From positions 1 through 34,429 of the forward strand of contig JAICUZ010000001.1 of NCBI GenBank assembly GCA_025935595.1: a stretch of 34,429 nt of DNA. Reading direction: 5' to 3'. The position numbers and the translations under genes were made by a program. Of this stretch, positions 17,039 to 25,150 are shown piece after piece. The DNA is from Burkholderiales bacterium. Lineage in GTDB: Bacteria > Actinomycetota > Thermoleophilia > Gaiellales > Gaiellaceae. The notes below the pieces were generated by a model. It was not told the DNA's origin. It saw nothing but the letters and a program-made list of their open reading frames with translations, and ran no database searches. How positions within the stretch are numbered: the first letter of the stretch is position 1; every line of letters starts with the position of its first letter.

Positions 17039-17799
17039 GCGAGCTTGAGCGTCGCCCGGTCGCGGGCCAGGTGCTCGAAGACCGCGAGGCAGGGGATCGC
17101 GATCGCGATGTAGACGACGCTGAGGCCGAAGCACATGCCGATGTCCGGCCACGGAGCTTGTGCCGATGCAGCCTCCCGCAACGCACGGAAGCCCCAGGTC
17201 GGGGCGAGCAGCCAGGAGATCGGTCGGAGCCAGCCGGGCAGGACCGAGAACGGGAGAATCAGCCCACAGGCGATGTAGACCGGGTACTGCAGGCTGATGC
17301 CGAGGTAGAACGCCGCCCGGTAGAGGACGAACGTCGAGGCCGCGATCAGCCCGAGCGTGCCGATCGCGAGAATGCACCCCACACCGGCGGCGATGAATGC
17401 GGGCCAGTCGTCGATGAGGACCGGGATTCCGAATACGAGACGCCCCCACAGCAACGTGAGGAGTAGGCCGTAGACGCCGAAGACCGCCCGGGAGATCATC
17501 ACCGGGCTGACCAGGACCACGAGCGGAGTCGGTGCGCCGACCACGAGCTCGAGCGTCCCCTGCTCGCGCTGCGTGTCGAGCGCGAAGCCGGCGCCGAGAA
17601 TCACCCAGCCCCACATGATCATCACCGCCGCCCCGAGCGACGCGGTGAAGAGTGCCCGCTCGCCCGAAGCGTGCCCGAGCAGCAAGTACGCAATCGAGGC
17701 GAAGACCAGCGGCCAGACGAGCATCCCGACCATGTCGAACGGCGTGCGAATCAGTTGCAGCAGGTCGACCCGAAGGCCGCTCGCGAACGCGCGGATCAC
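17035..17799 (-). CDS. ABC-2 type exporter permease
   Basis: REQGTLELVVGAP, LPGWLRPISWLLAPTW; stop/start overlaps on both sides. Confidence 0.88.
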   Translation of the reverse strand: MIRAFASGLRVDLLQLIRTPFDMVGMLVWPLVFASIAYLLLGHASGERALFTASLGAAVMIMWGWVILGAGFALDTQREQGTLELVVGAPTPLVVLVSPVMISRAVFGVYGLLLTLLWGRLVFGIPVLIDDWPAFIAAGVGCILAIGTLGLIAASTFVLYRAAFYLGISLQYPVYIACGLILPFSVLPGWLRPISWLLAPTWGFRALREAASAQAPWPDIGMCFGLSVVYIAIAIPCLAVFEHLARDRATLKLA

Positions 17800-18764
17800 G
17801 GTTCGCTCACCAGCTGGACGTAGGCGTCCTCCAAGGTCGGCTCTCGGGCGGTCACGCTCGTCACCTGCGCGCCCGTAAGCGTGCCGAGGAGCGGTTGGAT
17901 CAAAGCGGCCCCCTCTGCCGACTGGACCGAAAGCACCTGTGTCTGATCGACTGCCTCGACCGCGAGCGACTCGACGCCGTCGAGTCCGCGCACTGCTTCG
18001 GGCGCGGCATCACTGACGTTGAACGCGACCACCTCGATCACCGTGCGGTCACGCACGCCCGCTTTCAGCGATCTGGGTGTCCCTTCGGCCACGATCTGCC
18101 CCTTGTTGATCACCGCAACCCGACTGCAGAGCTCGTCGGCCTCGAACATGTAATGGGTCGTCAACAGGATCGTCTTGCCGCTGTCGCGCAACGCCGCCAC
18201 CGTCTCGCGTAGCTCCCGCGCTCCGACCGGGTCGAGGCCGATCGTGGGCTCGTCGAGGAAGATGACTTGCGGGTCGTGCAGCAGGCCACGCGCGATGTGC
18301 AGGCGCTGGCGCATGCCACGGGAGTACGTCTCGACGCGGTCTCGCTCACGCCCGGTCAGACCGACCAGCTCGAGCAGCTCCGCGATCCGCTTCGCCTTCT
18401 GGCGCGCCGGGACGCGATACACATCGGCGAAGTAGCGTAGGTTGTCGAGCGCAGAAAGCCGGTCGTACAGGCCGCGATCGCCGCCGAACACATACCCGAC
18501 GCGCGACCGCACTTCGTTCGGCTCTCGCACTGGGTCGAACCCGAGGACGCGCACTGATCCGGATGTCGGAAGCAGCAGCGTCGTCAGGATCTTGATCGAG
18601 GTCGTCTTCCCGGCGCCGTTCGGCCCCAGCAACCCGAACAGTTCGCCGTCCTCGACCGAGAAGCCGACCCCACGCAACGCGTCGACGACGGTCACAGCGC
18701 GACGGAACGTTCCTTGCCGGGACCGGAACGATCTCGAAACTGCGTTCATCTCGATCGCCGGCAC
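17796..18764 (-). CDS. ABC exporter ATP-binding protein (DrrA-like)
   Basis: Walker A GPNGAGKT, signature YSRGM, Walker B IFLDEPT, TTHY. Confidence 0.95.
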   Translation of the reverse strand: MPAIEMNAVSRSFRSRQGTFRRAVTVVDALRGVGFSVEDGELFGLLGPNGAGKTTSIKILTTLLLPTSGSVRVLGFDPVREPNEVRSRVGYVFGGDRGLYDRLSALDNLRYFADVYRVPARQKAKRIAELLELVGLTGRERDRVETYSRGMRQRLHIARGLLHDPQVIFLDEPTIGLDPVGARELRETVAALRDSGKTILLTTHYMFEADELCSRVAVINKGQIVAEGTPRSLKAGVRDRTVIEVVAFNVSDAAPEAVRGLDGVESLAVEAVDQTQVLSVQSAEGAALIQPLLGTLTGAQVTSVTAREPTLEDAYVQLVSEP

Positions 18765-18790
18765 CCGGTCACTGTAAGACTGGCGATCGG

Positions 18791-19381
18791 ATGGCGTCAG
18801 GGATGAGCACGCTCGACTGGTGGTGGTCGCCGCACCCGTCGTGGGAACCAGGCGAGGACTGGGACGAGAACGTCCCGGTCGTGCGGATCGAGAGTTCCGA
18901 CGAGGTGGTGCTGATCGACCCGTTCCTGCCGGTCGTCGACGCGTTCGACCCGCGCGGCAAGGCGGTGCGCGTGCTGCTCACGCAAGGCGCGCACTATCGA
19001 GGCACGCCCGACTTCGTCGAGCGCTATGGCGCGTCGGTCTGGGGCCCGCCGAAGGCGCGGTGGCCGCCGAAGCTCCCGAACCCCTCTACGACGACCGAGC
19101 TGCCTGCCGGCGTCGAGGCGATCGAGCTCGACGGCGAGCCGCAGCAGGTCGTCTTCTGGATTCCCGAGCACGCGACGCTCGTCACGGGCGACGTGATCAG
19201 CGGCAGCGGCGAGCAGGTGCACGTGTTCGTCGACGAGGCCGACGCGTCGCGTCTTCTCCCGGCGCTCGAGCGGATCGCCGAGCTGCCGATCGAGCGGCTC
19301 GTCATCCCTCACGGCGCGGTGCTCGAGCCCGACGGCGCCGCGCATCTGCGCGCTGCCGTCGCCACAACTCGCGGCGGCTAG
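18791..19381 (+). CDS. Degenerate metallo-beta-lactamase-fold protein
   Basis: VLIDPF, VLLTQGAHYR, LVTGD and VIPHG follow MBL motif order, but the HxHxDH motif is incomplete. Confidence 0.6.
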   Translation: MASGMSTLDWWWSPHPSWEPGEDWDENVPVVRIESSDEVVLIDPFLPVVDAFDPRGKAVRVLLTQGAHYRGTPDFVERYGASVWGPPKARWPPKLPNPSTTTELPAGVEAIELDGEPQQVVFWIPEHATLVTGDVISGSGEQVHVFVDEADASRLLPALERIAELPIERLVIPHGAVLEPDGAAHLRAAVATTRGG

Positions 19382-19394
19382 GATGGCGCCGCTC

Positions 19395-19483
19395 GGAGGG
19401 GTGTCCGAGCGGTCTAAGGAGCGCGACTGGAAATCGCGTACGTGCCGAAAGGTGCGTCGAGGGTTCAAATCCCTCTCCCTCCG
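19395..19483 (+). tRNA. tRNA-Ser (anticodon GGA), no encoded CCA
   Basis: GGAGGGG/TCCCTCC acceptor, CGCGA-CTGGAAA-TCGCG anticodon arm, long variable arm, T arm; -10 TAGGAT at 19379-19384. Confidence 0.97.
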
Positions 19484-19487
19484 CTGC

Positions 19488-19515
19488 CGAAAGCCCGCCG
19501 CCGCGCGGGCTTTCG
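19488..19515 (+). terminator. Hairpin after tRNA-Ser(GGA)
   Basis: CGAAAGCCCGC-CGCCGC-GCGGGCTTTCG, a perfect 11-bp stem. Confidence 0.7.
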
Positions 19516-19548
19516 TGTCCGGAGGGCTTGGGTACGATGCGCGCGCCC

Positions 19549-19639
19549 GGAGAAGTGGCCGAGTGGCTGAAGGCGGCGCCCTGCTAAGGCGTTAGGTGGG
19601 GAAATCCCTGCCTCGAGGGTTCGAATCCCTCCTTCTCCG
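19549..19639 (+). tRNA. tRNA-Ser (anticodon GCT), no encoded CCA
   Basis: GGAGAAG/CTTCTCC acceptor, GCGCC-CTGCTAA-GGCGT anticodon arm, long variable arm, GAGGG-TTCGAAT-CCCTC T arm; -10 TACGAT at 19533-19538. Confidence 0.97.
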
Positions 19640-19707
19640 CCTCCGAGGTCCGCGCCGCGCGAAATCACCCTTCTGGTTGATGCGCACCAGTCCATTCGTA
19701 GAGCAGG

Positions 19708-19798
19708 ATGCCCTTTGCCGGCTCCCCCCTGACACTGTCCGGCGGACTGACGTGACTGCGGCGATGCCCGCCCCTCCCCCGGGCGGGTTTCGTCTTTT
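19708..19798 (+). ncRNA. 6C-like small RNA (two hairpins with C-rich loops)
   Basis: Hairpin 1 TTTGCCGG/CCGGCGGA has a loop containing CTCCCCCC. Hairpin 2 CCCGCCC-CTCCCCC-GGGCGGG is followed by TTTCGTCTTTT. Confidence 0.6.
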
Positions 19799-19810
19799 CC
19801 GGGGTGGGTT

Positions 19811-20347
19811 CTAGGAGTTGTGGGTCGCGGTGAAGACGTACGCCGCGACGTCCTGGATCTGCTTTGCGGACAGCTGGCCCTTGAACGCAGGCATCGGGCC
19901 GCCGCCGTTTTCGACCTGCGTCACGATGCGCGCCTCGGGAGGCTTCAGCTGGTCGAGATCCGGCCCGATCGTCCCGTGCGAGCCCGCGTCCTTCAGCGTG
20001 TGGCAGCTCGCGCAGCCGGCGCTTGCGAACACTGCCTTGCCCGCGGTCGCATCGCCCGTCGCCGAAGGCGCAGCCGTCGTCGTCTGAGCCGTCGTCGTTG
20101 TCGTCTCATGGCCCTCGCCGGCGGCTTCCGACTTCTCCTTGCCGAAGATGAGCACCGCGGCGAGCATCGCGACGAAGAACAGCACCGCGATCGTCAGGTA
20201 GAGGCCCATGAAGCGACCCGGGAAGTTCGGCATGCGCCGCGGGAGGACGAAGGACGACACGAGCGCGAAGACGATGAACGCCGCGCCCACGACGGCCAAT
20301 CCGACCTTGTGGCCGCTCGACAGCTCGGCGACGACGAACGCAAGCAT
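19811..20347 (-). CDS. Membrane-anchored class I c-type cytochrome
   Basis: Two N-terminal TM helices, Thr-rich linker, CASCH haem motif, GPDL, distal Met in GGGPMPAF. Confidence 0.9.
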   Translation of the reverse strand: MLAFVVAELSSGHKVGLAVVGAAFIVFALVSSFVLPRRMPNFPGRFMGLYLTIAVLFFVAMLAAVLIFGKEKSEAAGEGHETTTTTAQTTTAAPSATGDATAGKAVFASAGCASCHTLKDAGSHGTIGPDLDQLKPPEARIVTQVENGGGPMPAFKGQLSAKQIQDVAAYVFTATHNS

Positions 20348-20373
20348 CGAGGCAGGAACCTACCGAAGTACGG

Positions 20374-21111
20374 CTACGAGAGTGCCGCTTTGCCTGCGCC
20401 CGGCTCTTCGACGCCCGATTCGGGTGTGCCGACGGGCTCGGGACGCTCGGGGCGGAGGTACAGCAACTCGTACGCGCACGCCGCGATCACGCCACCGGCG
20501 AACGGGCCGACATACCACACCCAGAAGTGGGCCCAGTGGTTGCCTGCGAGCTGCGGGCCGAACGCGCGCGCGGGGTTCATCGCGCCGCCGGTCAGGCCGT
20601 ACGCCATCAGGACGTCGAACGCGATCACGAAGCCGATCGCAAGGCCGGCGACCTGCTTGAAGGTTCCACGCGGGTCGACCGCGCTGGCGAACACGACCCA
20701 GACGAGGAAGAACGTCAGCACCGCCTCGATCACGACGGCTTGGCCGCTTCCGATGCCGGAGCCGAGCGCGGGCGCGCCGAGGTTCGTGGCGGCCTCCGCA
20801 CCGTTCGGGATGACCCACTTGAGCAGCAGCGCGGCGAGGATCGCCCCGCCGAACTGCGCGACCCAGTACACGACGGCGAGTAGCGGCGCGATTCGCTTCG
20901 TGACGAGGAAGCCGAGCGTGACGGCCGGGTTGATGTGACCGCCCGAGATCGGGCCGGCGGCCGAGACCATCACCGCGATCACGAGCCCGTTGGCAAACGC
21001 CAGATCCATCGGCGAGCGCGCAAACGAGGCGCCGCCGGCTGCGATGAAGATGAGGGCGAAGACCCCGACGAACTCGAGGACTCCGCGGCGGAGGTAGTCG
21101 CGCTCAAGCAT
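20374..21111 (-). CDS. Aquaporin/MIP channel
   Basis: SGGHINPAVT and GGAMNPARAFGP (two NPA motifs), 6 TM helices. Confidence 0.95.
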   Translation of the reverse strand: MLERDYLRRGVLEFVGVFALIFIAAGGASFARSPMDLAFANGLVIAVMVSAAGPISGGHINPAVTLGFLVTKRIAPLLAVVYWVAQFGGAILAALLLKWVIPNGAEAATNLGAPALGSGIGSGQAVVIEAVLTFFLVWVVFASAVDPRGTFKQVAGLAIGFVIAFDVLMAYGLTGGAMNPARAFGPQLAGNHWAHFWVWYVGPFAGGVIAACAYELLYLRPERPEPVGTPESGVEEPGAGKAALS

Positions 21112-21150
21112 GGGCGCAACGATAGGACCGCCGTCGGACGGAACACGCGC

Positions 21151-21858
21151 TCAGATCATGAACGCGCCGTTGTTCTGGTCGATCGCCTGGCCGGTGACGC
21201 CGACCGAATCGTCGGACAGAAGCCAGGCGACGGTGCCGGCGATCTCGCTCGGATCGCTCATGCGGCGAAGCGGAACCTCCTGCTTGGCGAGCTCCCACGC
21301 CTCTGCTTCCGTGAGCCCCTCGAACAGCGAGAGGCCGAGCCGCGTCATGTCGGTGTCGACCCAGCCCGGGCAGATCGCGTTCACCTGGATCCGCCGCGGT
21401 GCGAGCTCGGCCGCCAGCGACCGCGTGAGCCCCAGCAGCGCGGCCTTCGAGGCGCAGTAGCCCGTGTACCCGGCGACGCCGATCCGCGACAGGATCGAGG
21501 ACGTGACGACGATGCGCCCACCGTCAGCCAACAGCGGCTCGGCGGCGCGAACGCACCAGTACGTGCCGTACAGGTTCGTCTGCAAGATCTCGTCGAAGCG
21601 GTCGTTCTCGCCCGGCTCGTTCGCGCCGCCGATCCCCGCGTTCGCGACGAGGCCGTCGAGCGGCTCCGTGAACGCGGCGGCGACGGCGCCGCGGTCGCTG
21701 ATGTCGACGACGCGAACCGTCGCACCGGCGAGTTGCGGCTCGTCGCGATCGATCAGCGTCAGGCGCGCGCCTTCCGACGCGAGCCGCTCCGCGATCGCCA
21801 GCCCGATCCCACGCGCCGCACCCGTGACCGCGACGTGCCTCCCTTCGAACCGTTTCAC
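21151..21858 (-). CDS. Short-chain dehydrogenase/reductase
   Basis: TGAARGIG, NAG, YCASK catalytic motif, VNAICPGWVDT; GTG overlaps the MFS stop. Confidence 0.93.
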   Translation of the reverse strand: MKRFEGRHVAVTGAARGIGLAIAERLASEGARLTLIDRDEPQLAGATVRVVDISDRGAVAAAFTEPLDGLVANAGIGGANEPGENDRFDEILQTNLYGTYWCVRAAEPLLADGGRIVVTSSILSRIGVAGYTGYCASKAALLGLTRSLAAELAPRRIQVNAICPGWVDTDMTRLGLSLFEGLTEAEAWELAKQEVPLRRMSDPSEIAGTVAWLLSDDSVGVTGQAIDQNNGAFMI

Positions 21859-23075
21859 GTGGCCGAGTTTACGAGCGCAGCGCGCAACGAGGATCGTTCG
21901 GCGAGTGCGGCGACGACGAACGTCGCCGCCGCGACGGTGTCGATCGCGAGCACGACCGCGAGCACGCTGTGCGTGTCGTAGCGGGCGAGCGCCGGGCCCG
22001 CGAGCAGGAGCCCGATCGGCGAGCCGATGCACTGGAAGACGCCGAACGATGCGAGCGCCTGCGTGCGGATCTCGCGCGGGATGCGCAGCGTGATCAGGGC
22101 GTGAACCGGCGTGTTCACGAGTGACGTGAAGAATCCAGCGAGCGCCATCCCGGAGAACGCGACCACCCAGGGCGCGGGGATCGCGAGGATCCACAGCGAC
22201 GCCATCTCCAGCGTGAACGCCGCCGCGCCGAGCGTCAGCGCTTCCACCTTGCGCACGACGACCATCGACACGAGCGCGCCGACGAGCGACCCACCGCCCA
22301 TCGCGCCGAAGAGCCAGCCGAGAATGCGCGGGTTGGCGTGGTAGCTCGACACGACCAGCACCGGCAGCGAGGCGAAGAGCAGCATCCAGCAGATGTCGAT
22401 CACGGTGAACGCCGGCGTCCACAGGCGGAGGAGCTTGTCGCGGGCGATGAACCGGACGCCGTCGAGCACGCCGGTCGGCGGGCCTTCGGCCGTTATCTCG
22501 GGCAGCCGCACGAAGGTCGCGACGAGCAGGAACGACGCGAGGTACGTCGCCGCGTCGACGTAGAGCACGTCGGCGGTGCCGATGAGGCTGATCAGGACCC
22601 CGGCGAGCGGCGGGCCGATGAAGATCGTCGTGCGGTTCGCTGCCTGGAACAGCGCGGCCGCCTGCGCCACGTCCGCCTGCTCCTCGCCGACGAGCTCGGG
22701 CACGACGGCACGCTGGACCGAGAAGTACGGCGCGAGGAAGACGCCGGACACGGCGACGAGTGCCAGCAACGCGGGGAAGGGGAGGGCGCCCGCGGCGTGC
22801 AACACGGGGATCGCTGCGAAGAGCGGCACGCGCGCGAGGTCGCAGGTCAGCATCGTCCGTCGTGTGCCGAGCCGACCGGCGATCGCGCCGCCCCAGAAGC
22901 CGAGGATCGCGACCGGGAGCACCTCGGCGATGATCACCCAGGTCATGCGCTGCGGCGAGCCCGTGTCGCGGAGCACGAACCACGGCAGCGCGAGCCACGT
23001 CATCTGCGTGCCCGTCGACGAGATCATCTCGGCGACGAGCAGGGCGGCGAGCCGGCGGTCGCGGAGCAGGCTCAC
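21855..23075 (-). CDS. MFS transporter (DHA3-like efflux)
   Basis: About 12 TM helices, GAIAGRLGTRR motif A. The GTG start lies within the repeat element. Confidence 0.9.
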   Translation of the reverse strand: MSLLRDRRLAALLVAEMISSTGTQMTWLALPWFVLRDTGSPQRMTWVIIAEVLPVAILGFWGGAIAGRLGTRRTMLTCDLARVPLFAAIPVLHAAGALPFPALLALVAVSGVFLAPYFSVQRAVVPELVGEEQADVAQAAALFQAANRTTIFIGPPLAGVLISLIGTADVLYVDAATYLASFLLVATFVRLPEITAEGPPTGVLDGVRFIARDKLLRLWTPAFTVIDICWMLLFASLPVLVVSSYHANPRILGWLFGAMGGGSLVGALVSMVVVRKVEALTLGAAAFTLEMASLWILAIPAPWVVAFSGMALAGFFTSLVNTPVHALITLRIPREIRTQALASFGVFQCIGSPIGLLLAGPALARYDTHSVLAVVLAIDTVAAATFVVAALAERSSLRAALVNSAT

Positions 23076-23139
23076 TTCCCGCTCCCGCGCCGGCCAAGCC
23101 GGCACCTCCGCTCTTTGACCGGCTCCGTCAAGCCTACGC
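23070..23139 (-). repeat. MIRU-like intergenic repeat, copy B
   Basis: Minus strand reads GCGTAGGCTTGACGGAGCCGGTCAAAGAGCGGAGGTGCCGGCTTGGCCGGCGCGGGAGCGGGAAGTGAGC, 80% identical to 8044-8113. It contains the ArsR TAG and the MFS GTG. Confidence 0.8.
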
Positions 23140-23631
23140 CGGCGGCTCGGCCGTCGCCCCGAAGCTCACGATGACCGTGCGCGTGCCGCGCCGCTCCTCG
23201 CGGCCGCGGTAGGAGTCGAGCAGCGCCTCGAAGCGCTCACCGAGCTCCTCGAGCTCCTTCGTCGTCAGGTCGAGCGATGCCGACGACGTCTGCACTGCGC
23301 GTCGCCACGCGGCCGGCAGCTCGTGCTCGCGCCGCAGCGCGTCGCGCACGCGCTGCTGCTGGCGCGCGACGAGCTCGTCCCGGAGCACGGTCGCCTCGAT
23401 CCCGTCCGACGGAAACTCGATCCGCGTCGCCGTCGCGCGCCACGGGCGCTCGCGGCCCGCGCCACCGGCGCCCTCGGCGACGAAGCCCCACTTCGCGAGC
23501 GCGCGTAGGTGGTAGCTGCACGACGACGGGCTCTCGTCGACGAATTCGGAGCATTCGGTCGCCGTCGCCTGGTCGACGGCGTGGAGGTGGTCGAGGAGCG
23601 CGAGCCGGGTGGGATGCGCGAGAGCGCGCAT
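23134..23631 (-). CDS. ArsR-like winged-helix regulator
   Basis: RALAHPTRL..L, ATATE, SCSYHLRALAKWGFV, GRERPWRA. Confidence 0.9.
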   Translation of the reverse strand: MRALAHPTRLALLDHLHAVDQATATECSEFVDESPSSCSYHLRALAKWGFVAEGAGGAGRERPWRATATRIEFPSDGIEATVLRDELVARQQQRVRDALRREHELPAAWRRAVQTSSASLDLTTKELEELGERFEALLDSYRGREERRGTRTVIVSFGATAEPPA

Positions 23632-23662
23632 CGCCCGTGGGTCGGTCAGGGTGAGGGAGTTA

Positions 23663-23680
23663 TCGAAAGAGATCTTTCGA
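23663..23680. promoter_or_regulatory. Probable operator of the ArsR-like regulator
   Basis: Perfect 8-2-8 AT-rich palindrome TCGAAAGA-GA-TCTTTCGA immediately upstream of the gene. Confidence 0.65.
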
Positions 23681-23682
23681 AA

Positions 23683-24654
23683 CTAACGTTTCGAGAGCCA
23701 GGCGTCAAGTACCACCTGTTCCTTCGCCCGGTCGAGCCCCGCGGGTGTCTCCGCCGGCGCGTCGCCGGCGGCGATCCAGGCAAGCGTGTCGCGGACGGTC
23801 TCCTCGAGCGGCCGGGGCTCGAGCCCGGCGGCGAACGCGGGAGAGGGATCGACCGAGAGCATCCCCGCATATGCGGGGTCGTTGAGCCACAGCGGCAGCT
23901 CCATCCACTCCCCGACCTCGTGCTCGGCGAGGAAGGCGCCGTCGACCCAGACGACCTCGGAATCGACGCCGGCCACCCGGGCGCACGTCTCGACGAGCGT
24001 CGACCGCGGGACCGCCCGATCGACCGCGTTGAACGTGCCGGCGAGCCCGCGTTCCGCGGCGCGCACGATCCAGTCGGCGAGGTCGCGCACGTCGATCACC
24101 TGCGCGTCGGCCTCGGGTGGCGCGGGGGCGAGCACGCGGCCGCCGTCGGCGAACCGCTCCGGCCAGTACGTGAAGCGCCCCGTCGGGTCCCACGGGCCGA
24201 CGATCAGCCCCGGGCGCGGGATGAACGCTCCCGGGAAGCGCTCGCGGACGACGTCCTCGCAGTCCGCCTTCAGCTCGCCGTACGCCTCGCGCCACTCCTC
24301 GGTCGGTTCCTCGAGCTCGGCGACGGGCGAGCTCTCGGTCGGCGGCGTCGACACGTCGGCGTAGACGGAGATCGACGACACGAACGTGTAGTGGCCGACG
24401 TCGCCGAGCGCGTCGATCGTCTCGCGGACGATGCGCGGCACGTAACCGCTCGTGTCGACGACCGCGTCGAACGCGCGCCCGCGCACGGCGTCGAGGTTGC
24501 CGTCACGGTCTCCGCGCAGCTTTCGGGCGTCGGGAAACAGCTCGGGCCGCGTCTGCCCGCGGTTGAACATCGTCACTTCGTGACCGCGCGCGAGCGCGGC
24601 GTCGACCGCGTGGCGACCGAGGAACTGCGTGCCGCCGAGAACGAGGATGTGCAT
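23683..24654 (-). CDS. NAD-dependent epimerase/dehydratase family protein
   Basis: LGGTQFLG Rossmann motif, FVSSISVY, YGELK, RPGLIVGP. Confidence 0.92.
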   Translation of the reverse strand: MHILVLGGTQFLGRHAVDAALARGHEVTMFNRGQTRPELFPDARKLRGDRDGNLDAVRGRAFDAVVDTSGYVPRIVRETIDALGDVGHYTFVSSISVYADVSTPPTESSPVAELEEPTEEWREAYGELKADCEDVVRERFPGAFIPRPGLIVGPWDPTGRFTYWPERFADGGRVLAPAPPEADAQVIDVRDLADWIVRAAERGLAGTFNAVDRAVPRSTLVETCARVAGVDSEVVWVDGAFLAEHEVGEWMELPLWLNDPAYAGMLSVDPSPAFAAGLEPRPLEETVRDTLAWIAAGDAPAETPAGLDRAKEQVVLDAWLSKR

Positions 24655-24666
24655 AGGCTCAGGCTA

Positions 24667-25107
24667 ATGGCGACGGTCCGGCACGCGGAGCCTGCGGATT
24701 ACGCATCCGTGATTGCAGTTATCGACGATTGGTGGGGCGGCCGCCCGATGTCGGCGATGCTGCCGAAGCTCTTCTTCATCCATTTCCGCGACACCTCGTT
24801 CGTGGCAGAAACGGGCGGTCGCGTCGTCGGCTTCCTCTGCGGCTTCCGGTCGCAGACGCACGACGACGAGGCATACATCCATTTCGTCGGTGTCGACCCG
24901 TCGCAGCGCGGCTCGGGGCTCGGGCGCGAGCTGTACGAGCGCTTCTTCGCGGCCGTCGCGCCTCGCACGGTCGTTCGCGCAGTGACCTCGCCGGTCAACG
25001 AGAAGTCGGTCGCCTTTCACCAGGCGCTCGGCTTCGAGGTGGAGCGGGTGGACGAGGACTACGACGGTCGCGGCGAGGCTCGTGTCCTCCTCTGGAAACG
25101 CCTCTAA
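24667..25107 (+). CDS. GNAT-family N-acetyltransferase
   Basis: YIHFVGVDPSQRGSGLG acetyl-CoA motif A, TSPVN..S..FH..LGF. Confidence 0.9.
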   Translation: MATVRHAEPADYASVIAVIDDWWGGRPMSAMLPKLFFIHFRDTSFVAETGGRVVGFLCGFRSQTHDDEAYIHFVGVDPSQRGSGLGRELYERFFAAVAPRTVVRAVTSPVNEKSVAFHQALGFEVERVDEDYDGRGEARVLLWKRL

Positions 25108-25150
25108 CGAGTGATTCGGCGTTGCCCGCGGAGCTGACGATAAGGCTCCG

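Noticed and set aside
19708..19755. Attenuator leader peptide MPFAGSPLTLSGGLT
   Set aside because: There is no run of regulatory codons and no co-directional downstream gene; the sRNA reading fits better.
20080..20110. ACG-rich short tandem repeats
   Set aside because: They encode the Thr-rich linker of the cytochrome c; not a DNA repeat element.
21856..21900. GGCCGAGTTTACGAGCGCAGCG at the MFS 3' end, possibly another repeat remnant
   Set aside because: Only one occurrence in the window, so it cannot be supported without a genome-wide search.
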